Shown here one piece after another: positions 18,772-28,142 of a stretch of 32,000 bases of DNA. Each line of letters opens with the position of its first letter. The stretch's first letter is position 1. Where the stretch lies: contig JAFGBS010000002.1 in NCBI GenBank assembly GCA_016933055.1, forward strand, positions 150,001 to 182,000. The letters are read 5' to 3'. This stretch comes from Promethearchaeota archaeon. Its GTDB lineage: Archaea > Asgardarchaeota > Lokiarchaeia > Sigyniarchaeales > Promethearchaeaceae. Under the pieces are notes generated by a model. That model had not been told where the DNA came from, did no database searches, and saw only the letters and a list, made by a program, of their open reading frames with translations. The translations under genes were made by a program, and so were the position numbers.

Positions 18772-19212
18772 ATGAATGATCAAGAAGATCAAAATTTACT
18801 GCGAGAAAAAATTGGAAAAAGAGGAAAGCGATTTATAATTGCAGGACTCTTTGTCCTTGTCGGTGGTATAGTTCTTTTTATTGTTGGAATTAGTGTTAAT
18901 GATTTTAACCTATCGCCAGCATTAGCAGTTCCTGGAGGATTTATGACGGTGATAGGGTTTGGTATAGCAGCTGTGGGTTTACAATTTCTCTTTGCATCGA
19001 AAACTGGGAAAATTACGAAATTTTTTGCTACAGAAACGGCTCCCGCAATGAAAACCACTTCAGAAGCAGTAACGGATGGTTTTGCTTCCGGTTTAAAAAA
19101 ACATGGAATGGGGATTGGTGAGAAAGAAGTCATAAAAGTGAAATGTCGAAATTGCGGCTATTTAGAGACGGAAGACGCCGAATTCTGCAGTAAATGCGGA
19201 CAACCCATGTAG
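18772..19212 (+). CDS. Two-TM membrane protein with C-terminal zinc ribbon
   Basis: Two hydrophobic helices; CRNCG...AEFCSKCGQ. Confidence 0.8.
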   Translation: MNDQEDQNLLREKIGKRGKRFIIAGLFVLVGGIVLFIVGISVNDFNLSPALAVPGGFMTVIGFGIAAVGLQFLFASKTGKITKFFATETAPAMKTTSEAVTDGFASGLKKHGMGIGEKEVIKVKCRNCGYLETEDAEFCSKCGQPM

Positions 19213-19244
19213 ATTAATTATTAATTTTGATTTTTTTATTTATC

Positions 19245-20768
19245 TTATGTACCAGCAAGACGTTTTGGGAGTCTGGATTGGGCTTTCAAGCATTCTTGCA
19301 ATAATTGCGTGACCATCTGAAATCGTAATTCTTTATATTTCTCCTCATTCCATAAATTGTGCAGCTCCCAGGGATCCTTTTTTCGATTGAATAAATCTCC
19401 ATATCCAGGATGCCCCTCATACATCGTGAGTTTGTGATCTTTTGTTATGAGATGTCGTAATCTCACATATAGTCTCCCTACTTCTTCATCATTTTCGATT
19501 AATACACTGTTACGCGGATCAATGGAGGGGTCTGTTGGGTTTTCCAATACAGCAGTCATATCTATTCCTTGCATATCAGGACGTTTTCGTCTATTAATAC
19601 CGAGGAGATTTAATATTGTGATGGGATAATCCACTTGGGCAATCAATGCATTGGTTTTTGCTGGCTGTAAATCAGGTATCCGCCATATCATGGGAATATG
19701 AAATACACCCATACCGTGACTCGGTCCTTTGAAAAGCATACCGTGTTCCCCCATTAAATCTCCGTGGTCTGAAGTATAAATCGTGATGGTATTGTGATGA
19801 TACCCCAATCGATTTACTGCGTTTAGGATCTCTCCAATATGGTAGTCCATTAACGAAAGAATTCCATAAGTATAAGCAATGAATTTTTTCGTTTCTTTTT
19901 CCGTGGATTCCCTTAGCATAGCTCCAGGCATTACATTAATATACTGTCCCAAATATCGATGATCGCGTAAATTCTCGATGTTGTGGAAATTCGGTGGAAG
20001 TTCCATATCTTTTTGTTTATACATCGTTCGATATTTTCCAGGAGGCCAAACAGGTTGATGGGGATCGGGAAATCCGCAATGAAGATAGAATGGTTTATCC
20101 CCATACTCTCCATTTGCATGACGTTCCAGAAATGCGATGGTTCGCTCAGCTACATAAGCGCTCGAATATAGTTCTACAGGGATTTCATGGTCTGTAAATA
20201 CGGAAAAAAAGTTCCCCATATCCTTCCAGCGTTCTCTCATGTTCTCTGCGAGATGGGGAGCTCGGTTTTCGAGCCAGTCAAGGTAATGACCACATAAAGT
20301 CGCGCCGTGTCCTAAGCATGTCTCCACTTCTTGATAGCCGTAATAAGGGAGAGGGAAATTTTCTCGGACGGGCATCCCTATCGGATCAAATACCCATCCA
20401 TTGAAAGATTCAGCAGATGGAAACCCTGCAAACCAGGGGGCAACATTATATTGATGATGTAATTTCCCAATTGCAGCGGTTTGATACCCCTCTTTTACAA
20501 GGATTTCAGTCAACGTAGGAATCTTTTCTGAAAGGATCATGCCATTACTGCGCACTCCATGCACATTGGGATAAAGACCAGTTAACAATGATGCCCTGCT
20601 AGGCATACACATGGGGGAGTTACAGAAGGCTTCTGAGAAATGAATGCCTTCTTGTGAGAATTTATCTAGATAGGGGGTTTGAATCACTGAATTGCCCGAA
20701 CATCCCATGTGATCATAACGATGTTGGTCTGAGATAATGAAAAGAACGTTTTTTTTATCAGTTACCAT
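19245..20768 (-). CDS. Sulfatase (formylglycine-dependent family)
   Basis: IISDQHR, CMPSRASLLTG (CxPxR), GKLH, FPDPH, TSDHG, K...DPWELHNL. Confidence 0.93.
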   Translation of the reverse strand: MVTDKKNVLFIISDQHRYDHMGCSGNSVIQTPYLDKFSQEGIHFSEAFCNSPMCMPSRASLLTGLYPNVHGVRSNGMILSEKIPTLTEILVKEGYQTAAIGKLHHQYNVAPWFAGFPSAESFNGWVFDPIGMPVRENFPLPYYGYQEVETCLGHGATLCGHYLDWLENRAPHLAENMRERWKDMGNFFSVFTDHEIPVELYSSAYVAERTIAFLERHANGEYGDKPFYLHCGFPDPHQPVWPPGKYRTMYKQKDMELPPNFHNIENLRDHRYLGQYINVMPGAMLRESTEKETKKFIAYTYGILSLMDYHIGEILNAVNRLGYHHNTITIYTSDHGDLMGEHGMLFKGPSHGMGVFHIPMIWRIPDLQPAKTNALIAQVDYPITILNLLGINRRKRPDMQGIDMTAVLENPTDPSIDPRNSVLIENDEEVGRLYVRLRHLITKDHKLTMYEGHPGYGDLFNRKKDPWELHNLWNEEKYKELRFQMVTQLLQECLKAQSRLPKRLAGT

Positions 20769-20991
20769 CGCATGAAGGTCAATTTATTGTAATTTAAATT
20801 CATTGTCTAAAAAATGGACAAAACTAGAATATATGAGAAAAAATTACAAGATCGTAAGATTTTCCCGGAGTGATCAGAATACTCACTGATCAGATTTATC
20901 CATTTACTTAACTCTTAAGGAATTAATAGAAACTGATATTGTAAAATGGAAATATCCTACAAGGAAGGAAAAATTTATTATTTTCCCCGAG

Positions 20992-21981
20992 TTAAGACAG
21001 GATTTTGGATAAAAATTCTACTACTCTCTGGAATGCTTGATCACTTTCAGGAATATACTCATACAAATTATGGAACACGTGGATCATGTCCTTCCATTTT
21101 TTAAACTGAATATTTACTCCCGCTTTCTGTGCATTCTCGACGAGTCGTGCAGAATCATCTAATAAAATCTCAAGTTCCCCCGCATCCAGTAATAGAGGAG
21201 GAAGTCCACGAAAATTCCCGTATAAGGGAGATATATACGGATCTTGGGGAGAATGATTTGCGTAATAGGCGGCTGCTAATAGGCGTAAATCTTGTTCGCG
21301 TATGTCGGGATCACTTTGTTTATTCGAGAATAAAGAAGGTCCTGTAAAAGTGAGATCAGTCCAAGGAGAAAATAATATAGTCCCTGCTGGAAGGTTTTTG
21401 TCTTCGTCTCGAAGCTTTAGTAATAGAGCAAGCGCAAGACCTCCTCCAGCCGAACTTCCTGCAATTATGATGGTCTTTGGATCGATATCCATTTGGTCCA
21501 GTAGATAGTTATATACAAACACTGCATCTTCCAAGGCGGCTGGATAGGGATGTTCTGGAGCATGAGAATAATTAACGCTCAAAATCTTTTTTTTAATGAT
21601 GGTACTTAAGCGAGTAGGAGTTTTCCACCTGGCGTCAAGGGAGCCAAATACATAACCACCTCCGTGAAAATATAAAATCAAGCCAGTTTCATCCGCTTTT
21701 TTAGGTAGAATCCATTCTACAAGTATGGATCCAATGGTTTCGCGCTGAAAGTTTACATTAGAAGGGCGAGGAGTTAAATTTTGCATATAATCGTCCACAA
21801 ACCGATGGGCTTTTACGACAAATAAGGAATCCTCTTGTGTTTGGAACTTTTGGAGCACCTGGTCTAGAGGAATCTTTTCTTGTTCTGCAAATAGCTTTAA
21901 TCCATTATTGAACTGGGAATCTTTTACTTTTAGGGCTTTAGCGAGATCCGCACGTAAATGAGAATAATCTGGTTGTTCCAT
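20992..21981 (-). CDS. Alpha/beta hydrolase, hormone-sensitive-lipase-like esterase
   Basis: YFHGGGY, APEHPYPAALED, GSSAGG nucleophile elbow, SPWTDL, MIHVF. Confidence 0.93.
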   Translation of the reverse strand: MEQPDYSHLRADLAKALKVKDSQFNNGLKLFAEQEKIPLDQVLQKFQTQEDSLFVVKAHRFVDDYMQNLTPRPSNVNFQRETIGSILVEWILPKKADETGLILYFHGGGYVFGSLDARWKTPTRLSTIIKKKILSVNYSHAPEHPYPAALEDAVFVYNYLLDQMDIDPKTIIIAGSSAGGGLALALLLKLRDEDKNLPAGTILFSPWTDLTFTGPSLFSNKQSDPDIREQDLRLLAAAYYANHSPQDPYISPLYGNFRGLPPLLLDAGELEILLDDSARLVENAQKAGVNIQFKKWKDMIHVFHNLYEYIPESDQAFQRVVEFLSKILS

Positions 21982-22044
21982 AATATATCCTCCATTGTAT
22001 ATTAATGGTTAAAGGGATGAAGTGTTTAATAAAATGGTGGATTT

Positions 22045-23322
22045 CTACTCAATTCTTTCATCCATATTTTTTCTTAATTTTTTAAGTGCTAAGAGAAATA
22101 GGGGTATAAGAGAAAGTTCTAAAGCAATAGATAATATAAAAGGTGCTTTGGGGCTGAAAATGTCCCATAACCATCCTCCAATCACCGGTCCAATCAACCA
22201 CCCACCTTGGTTCATGAGTTCTATCAGTCCGAATATGCGACCACGATGGCTAAGGCTAATTCTGCTAAAAAGATTCTGAGCGAGTAATTGCCCCGCTGTA
22301 GCCAATATGAAATCCATCAACAATAAGATCAAGAAGAGCCATGTTAAACTGGTAGTAATGATAATTCCAGTCACAATTGCTCCAATCAGACTCACTACGA
22401 CAAATCCTATTACACCTACTTTATCTGCAATTACTCCTAATTTTGGGGCGGCAATTAAACTAAAAATTCTAGAACTATAAAGCGCAATCATCACATAGAT
22501 AGTGCTCAGTTCCAAATTCTCATACATGTATACTTGTAAAAAAGGTTGTGTAGTATGTTCATTCATTGAAGAAAATAACACAGTCATAGAAAGAAAGATT
22601 AAACCTAGAATGATGATCCAATTCCGAGAGTTTGTGGATGGTGAAGATAGTGGTTTTTTTCCTATGGAACTATCAGCAAGAACGTCCTCTTCTTGATATT
22701 TTATGGTTTCATCGACTTTTCTCATAAATTGCCATCCCGCAAATACATTGATAAGAGCAAAAATGATCATGGGAGAATATTGAATCCATGGATTTTCCCC
22801 AAAGATGTAGAATCCTAATGCAAACAGTGCAAACGAGATAATAGCACCAGCAAGTGAACCGTACCCAATCATTCCGAACCTTTTACCATATGCTTCAGAC
22901 CTATAATATTTGGAAGATTTCTCTGCGACTAATGTATTAAAAGGGGGCCAGAAAAACCCAACGAGAAGCCCTTGGATGAAAATCCCTACTCCAAATGCAA
23001 TAACTGACTGGAAGATAATAGAGAAATAGAATATCGTATAGCTAACGGTTCGACCAAAGGAACCGATCATTACTAATATTTTCTTGGAGGCTTTATCTGT
23101 CAAATATCCGACCAGAGGAGTCACAATCAACCGTCCGAAGGGTTGCATTGCAATTAAAACCCCAATAATCGATGCACTGACTTTAAAATACTCGCTCGTT
23201 ACATAAGGAATTACAAAACCGAAGAACATAAACCCGAAGCTATTCCAGAATATAATACGGATCATTTGTGAGAAATCTTTGGTAGTGTGAGAATTAGGTC
23301 GAATTTGGGTCACTAAGATCAA
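22045..23322 (-). CDS. MFS transporter
   Basis: About 12 TM; motif A (GYLTDKASKK) and its repeat (GVIADKVG), RGRIFG...GPVIGG. Start uncertain (TTG 23322 to ATG 23265). Confidence 0.92.
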   Translation of the reverse strand: MILVTQIRPNSHTTKDFSQMIRIIFWNSFGFMFFGFVIPYVTSEYFKVSASIIGVLIAMQPFGRLIVTPLVGYLTDKASKKILVMIGSFGRTVSYTIFYFSIIFQSVIAFGVGIFIQGLLVGFFWPPFNTLVAEKSSKYYRSEAYGKRFGMIGYGSLAGAIISFALFALGFYIFGENPWIQYSPMIIFALINVFAGWQFMRKVDETIKYQEEDVLADSSIGKKPLSSPSTNSRNWIIILGLIFLSMTVLFSSMNEHTTQPFLQVYMYENLELSTIYVMIALYSSRIFSLIAAPKLGVIADKVGVIGFVVVSLIGAIVTGIIITTSLTWLFLILLLMDFILATAGQLLAQNLFSRISLSHRGRIFGLIELMNQGGWLIGPVIGGWLWDIFSPKAPFILSIALELSLIPLFLLALKKLRKNMDERIE

Positions 23323-23437
23323 ATTAGTCTTTGGTGGAATACTAATAACATTTCGCCCTTAGATGGGTAGAAATTTGACCAGAGAGATATTGCATTATTG
23401 TTGATAGATTCAAATACCTTCCAAGGTTATTAGAGTC

Positions 23438-24074
23438 ATGTCTTTGGGAATCTCTTCTGTAGCGGAATTTAACACTGTTATCACCATGCTTGGATTTCTG
23501 TGTGCTTCTGTTCAAGCGGCTACAGGTACTTACGCAGCTTATTATAAGGGTAAAATCTCTCTTTTGCGCACAAATGATGCCTTAAATCGGTCATCGTGCT
23601 TTTGGTGGATTTGCAACCGTACTATACTTCATCGGTTTGTTTCAAGGCCTTACAGGATTTATTGGGGGTCTTCTGCAAATGGAGGGGTCCCCTCCATTCG
23701 AACCAGATAGGGTGTCATTCAATTTGCACGTCTGGATTAGTTTTCCAATTATGGTGATAATAATATGGAAGACAGTTATTTCGTACTTTGCTAAAAAAAA
23801 GGTGTTTAAACAAGGTAAAATCGTCGGGATGGTAACATTTATTGCATGGCTCATAACATGGATCACTTCATGTATTGCATTTTATGTGAATGTAGAAGGA
23901 AATCCGTGGGCGATTCCGGGATTGACCCACGAGCCACCAGGTATTCTGCTACCTGCAACTTATTGGGGTCTAATTATACAAATTTTAATCCCATTTATCA
24001 TTGCAATATTAGTCACTCGACCAATATTATGGAAAGCACAAAAAATTGAACTGGAAAAACAGAAAAAAGGTTAA
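23438..24074 (+). pseudogene. Frameshifted membrane protein gene (break at about 23591); pseudogene or assembly error
   Basis: The first frame is hydrophobic to ...NDALNR. The second frame opens after TAA 23583-23585 and reads HRAFGGFATVLYFIGLFQG into ORF 23637-24074. Adding 2 nt gives one protein of about 212 aa. Confidence 0.7.
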
Positions 24075-24107
24075 ATAGGAAATTTTGATGGACCATCGAG
24101 GGTAAGA

Positions 24108-24521
24108 ATGATATTTCAAGGAACCATACAAAAGGGCTTCGGGACGGGAGCCTTTTATGTACAACTACCACATTATTTTCAAGGTTTCACTGATCTTTTG
24201 GGAGCGCCTCCCTATCCTGGTACATTAAACGTTCTATTTTCAGAAAAAGATAATGAAGAATTGAATCGAATTTTGAGCTTTATCTCACCATCAGTGATTT
24301 CTGGAAAACAAGATGCTAATCTGGGGGACTGGTGTATTGAATGTTATCCGTGTGAAATTTGGAAAAAAAATCCAAAGAAAAGCGTTAGAGGGCTGATCCT
24401 GCGATTTAGTCGTCCAGATCATGAAGAAGAGGTAATAGAATTGGTATCTGCCCACTTTTTACGGGAGAAATTTACTTTAGAGGATGGGGATTTAATAAAA
24501 TTCCTACCGATAAGGGTATAA
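24108..24521 (+). CDS. ribK: CTP-dependent riboflavin kinase (archaeal type, no HTH)
   Basis: GFGTGAFYV, PYPGTLNV, VIELVS...LREKFTLEDGD. Confidence 0.88.
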   Translation: MIFQGTIQKGFGTGAFYVQLPHYFQGFTDLLGAPPYPGTLNVLFSEKDNEELNRILSFISPSVISGKQDANLGDWCIECYPCEIWKKNPKKSVRGLILRFSRPDHEEEVIELVSAHFLREKFTLEDGDLIKFLPIRV

Positions 24522-24542
24522 TCTGCGGGTATTTTATAGGAG

Positions 24543-25085
24543 ATGATGATTAAGATGGTTTTTCAGAACGCGTCCCTCTCCGATATCGATGAAATTTGCC
24601 AGATCAATCACCGACTTCTCCGAATGAATGTTTCTGATAAAAATAGAGGATTTTTATTAGGAGAACGCTCTAAGTCCGAAATAATGAATTCTCTTGGCAA
24701 CTATTACGTCATTAAAGAAGAAAATCAAGTTCTTGGATATCTGGAAATCGATTTTAAGATAGAAAGGAAGAATTTTAGAACTGGAATATGGGAAAATGTC
24801 CAAATCCAAGATAAGATCCTAGAAAAGATGCGTCAAAAGAAATATATTTATTTGGTTCAAATTGCGGTAAAAAAACAAAGAATGGGTATTGGTCGACAAT
24901 TAATTCATGGAATTTTAAAAAAATTCGAAGGATTTCTCATGATTTCATTCGTGGTAAGTAAACCCTATTACAACGAAGCTTCTTGTGAATTTTTTGAAAA
25001 GCTTGGATTCATTAGAGGGGGATGTTTTTCACTGCAGTCAAAATTTGGAATATTGGGTTATGAACGATTCTGTTACGTAAAATAA
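24543..25085 (+). CDS. GNAT-family N-acetyltransferase
   Basis: VLGYL, YLVQIAVKKQRMGIGRQL, NEASCEFFEKLGF. Confidence 0.85.
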   Translation: MMIKMVFQNASLSDIDEICQINHRLLRMNVSDKNRGFLLGERSKSEIMNSLGNYYVIKEENQVLGYLEIDFKIERKNFRTGIWENVQIQDKILEKMRQKKYIYLVQIAVKKQRMGIGRQLIHGILKKFEGFLMISFVVSKPYYNEASCEFFEKLGFIRGGCFSLQSKFGILGYERFCYVK

Positions 25086-25218
25086 ATCTTTCTCTTCACC
25101 TTGATCAACTTTTTTAGACTAATTTATTCCATACTTGGAATGTTCTCCTCATATTTAAAAGCGATTTAAAGAATTACTGTTCGGAATATTTTTATAGAAC
25201 TTTCAACCGACAATTTTT

Positions 25219-26655
25219 ATGAAAAGAATTACAAGTATGGATTTTTGGAGAGGCATTTGTATAATTATCGCTACTATGTTCCACTTCTTGTTTGTATCAT
25301 GGGAGAAATTCAAAAATAATGGTGCAGAAATTTTAGCTGGAGATAATTACGTATTAATTGCTCTAGCAGTTGTAATGTTCGTATTTATCCACTGGAGAGG
25401 ATTATTTCTTCTAATTTCAGCAGTAGTGAATTTTTACCAATTGGAAACCGCTGCAAAGAAGTATGATTCCAATATGGGGGTAATTTTTGCTAAACAAATT
25501 ATCACGGGGATTGTTTTGATAATCATTGGGAAAATATGGGCTTTTGCCTTTCCCTATTGGGGATTTATTGAATTGTGGTCTAGGGATCCAAGTTCCACGT
25601 TTTGGGGGGGGACCATCACTCTGGCGTTTTATTTAAAAGACCACTGGGCTTTTGTGTTCATCATCGAAGCGATTGATTCCATCGGTCTAATGATGATTAT
25701 TACATCATTTTTCTTTGTCTTGTTTCATTACTTCCGTGGAAAATATGCATGGTTGGTTAAAGTTGTATTCTTAAATGTAATAGGTTACACGATTATTTTT
25801 GTTAGTCCCCTGATTATCCAATGGGCTAGCAATATTCATTACGGAGATAGTTTAATTGATACTTTTCGGCACATCAATGGAGTTCGAATTGAGGGAGGGG
25901 GATTCGGATTTTGGGAATTATTACGACATACGGTAATCATATGGATTGGAGGGAGGGAAGCTCCTCTATTTCCGATGCTCGGATCATATTTTGTGGGGGC
26001 TTCTTTTGGATATATTATCACTCAAGAAAACCCGAAACGAACTCAATTACGGTGGATGCTTATCCCTAGTGCAATCGCTGTAATAGTAGGGGTTGTCGAC
26101 TTGTTTTTCTTTTATGAGTATGCAGGATTGACAGGAATTGATGCTATGTTTGCGAATATTGGATTCCATGTTCACCCGCGCTGGTTTGCAATGATATCGA
26201 TAGGATTACAAGCACCAATCATTCTCGCTTCTCTTGCGATTATTGAATTTAATCCAAAGTTGAATCAGGAAAGGTGGTTGAAATATACTCGGTGGATACG
26301 CAGATTTGGAGTATTTACCCTAACACTGTATTTTCTCGGAGTGTTCGATTTTCTAGTCCGCTGGGTAATACGAAAAATTGTGCATGCAATAAATCCCTCC
26401 TCTACAGTAGATTTCATTACCCGTTATGGACTGGCAGATGGGTGGACTTTTGCCATCTTAGGAATTCTGATGGGATTATGGGCTATTGGTATATTTGTCT
26501 GGGATAAAGTGGGTAAGGGATACTTATCCGTGGATTTTTTTGTAAATTTACTGCGTATTCCTAAAAAAGGACGAAAAAGAGATTGGAAAGATCCAATGAA
26601 TCTACAAGGTATATTATACGATGTGCAGATGGTTACTTTTTGGAAAAAACCTTGA
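25219..26655 (+). CDS. Polytopic membrane protein, transmembrane acyltransferase-like (DUF1624/HGSNAT-type N-terminus)
   Basis: RITSMDFWRG matches the RxxxxDxxRG motif; 10 or more hydrophobic segments. Confidence 0.6.
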   Translation: MKRITSMDFWRGICIIIATMFHFLFVSWEKFKNNGAEILAGDNYVLIALAVVMFVFIHWRGLFLLISAVVNFYQLETAAKKYDSNMGVIFAKQIITGIVLIIIGKIWAFAFPYWGFIELWSRDPSSTFWGGTITLAFYLKDHWAFVFIIEAIDSIGLMMIITSFFFVLFHYFRGKYAWLVKVVFLNVIGYTIIFVSPLIIQWASNIHYGDSLIDTFRHINGVRIEGGGFGFWELLRHTVIIWIGGREAPLFPMLGSYFVGASFGYIITQENPKRTQLRWMLIPSAIAVIVGVVDLFFFYEYAGLTGIDAMFANIGFHVHPRWFAMISIGLQAPIILASLAIIEFNPKLNQERWLKYTRWIRRFGVFTLTLYFLGVFDFLVRWVIRKIVHAINPSSTVDFITRYGLADGWTFAILGILMGLWAIGIFVWDKVGKGYLSVDFFVNLLRIPKKGRKRDWKDPMNLQGILYDVQMVTFWKKP

Positions 26656-26722
26656 GATCAATTGCATAAGATCCCAATAAGAGATATTAGGACCTTTGCA
26701 ATACTTACATTATAATGGGGGT

Positions 26723-27247
26723 GTGAACACAATAACCAGCAGTTATAAAGTTAAAGTGTTGTTATGTGGTCCTGCGGGATCGGGGAAGGAAAAACTCATA
26801 AATCGTTTTGTAAAGTCAAGGTTTCAAACTGATTACAAACTCACGGTTGGTGTTGACATTCTGACGAAAGATGTGGAATTACCAAATGATCAAATTTGTA
26901 CTCTTAGCATATGGGATATTGGTAATCAGGAACGATTCTCATTTGTACGATCCACCTTCTATAAGGGTGCTGCTGGGGCAATATTAGTGTTTGATTCAAG
27001 CTGTGCTAAAACATACGATGAAATCAAACAATGGAGAGCAGAGGTGAAAAAGTTTGCGGGAGATATTCCATTCGTACTAGTTGGAAATCACTTGGAACGA
27101 TTACCAGACGAAGGAGGGGGAATAGATCGTAATAAATGCAAGGAGTATGCAGAAAATCAAGGATCTATCTATATTGAAACTTCCGAGATTGATAGTTTCA
27201 ATATTGATGAAGTTTTTACTGCACTAGCAAAGCGAATCGTGGGGTAA
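26723..27247 (+). CDS. Rab-like small GTPase with degenerate G1/G3/G4/G5 motifs
   Basis: KVLLCG, YKLTVGVD, LSIWD, QERF, FYKGAAGAILVFD, IPFVLVGN, YIETS, NIDEVF. GTG at 26723 (preceded by GGGGGT) preferred over TTG 26696. Confidence 0.9.
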   Translation: MNTITSSYKVKVLLCGPAGSGKEKLINRFVKSRFQTDYKLTVGVDILTKDVELPNDQICTLSIWDIGNQERFSFVRSTFYKGAAGAILVFDSSCAKTYDEIKQWRAEVKKFAGDIPFVLVGNHLERLPDEGGGIDRNKCKEYAENQGSIYIETSEIDSFNIDEVFTALAKRIVG

Positions 27248-27352
27248 ATATATAGATCAAATCTACAGATAAAAAGAAGAAACTGGCTTATTTTAGATCA
27301 GGTTGATATACATCCAGAAGTTTCTGAACCTATTTATGACTCAAATTATCTA

Positions 27353-27967
27353 TTACCTGAAGTTTTTTTCTTCTTTTTCCTCGATTCGATTAATATAATC
27401 AATTATCTTCTGGAAAGTTCCTCTCTTTTTTGGATTTTTATTAATCGACTCAATAATTACCTTCTTAAAAAATCCATAGAATTTATCGGGAAAATCTGGG
27501 TATTCCTCTAATAATTCGTTGATGTTTAACTCTTCTTCATCAAACAGATGAATTTGTTTTTTATCGGGGTACCCCGGAACATCCACTTCATCTCGCTTGA
27601 ATTTAACAATATTTCTTTCTCGGGTTAGATAAATATCGACCCCAAAATAGCGTACAATATGATCTTTAGGAACATTGTCCATGTCATTAAACCGAAATTC
27701 TGCTTTAGTTTCCAGTTCTTCTGGAGTATATGGTTGTTTTTGTTGATAAATCAGAATTCCTGGTTCCTCATAATAATCTGTAATGAGTTGAATATTACCC
27801 CTTGAATTAATTTCATATGACAAATCCGTCACGATTTTTCCATCTAGAAATCGAATAATGTTAGAGATATGATCAATTGTTTCCTCAATTTGCTCCAAAG
27901 TTGTTTCTTCATATTCCTCAAGTTCTTCTTCCGTCTCTTCTAGTAATTTATTAAATTCCTCATTCAT
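27353..27967 (-). CDS. Hypothetical acidic protein
   Basis: 204-aa ORF with GGAG upstream; Glu-rich N-terminal helix; no family recognised. Confidence 0.75.
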   Translation of the reverse strand: MNEEFNKLLEETEEELEEYEETTLEQIEETIDHISNIIRFLDGKIVTDLSYEINSRGNIQLITDYYEEPGILIYQQKQPYTPEELETKAEFRFNDMDNVPKDHIVRYFGVDIYLTRERNIVKFKRDEVDVPGYPDKKQIHLFDEEELNINELLEEYPDFPDKFYGFFKKVIIESINKNPKKRGTFQKIIDYINRIEEKEEKNFR

Positions 27968-28142
27968 TTTAGTTTCTCTCCTTAGGGTTATGACGTGGTG
28001 TCGAGACCCATACTTACATAATGTCTATACCCTTTTTTAAATGTATGTGTTAATTTCCAAATTTTACTTCAATACGATTTTGGGTGAGCTGACATAACCT
28101 TTAATGATATGAAATCCCTAAAAATGAGTATCCAAGTACAAA

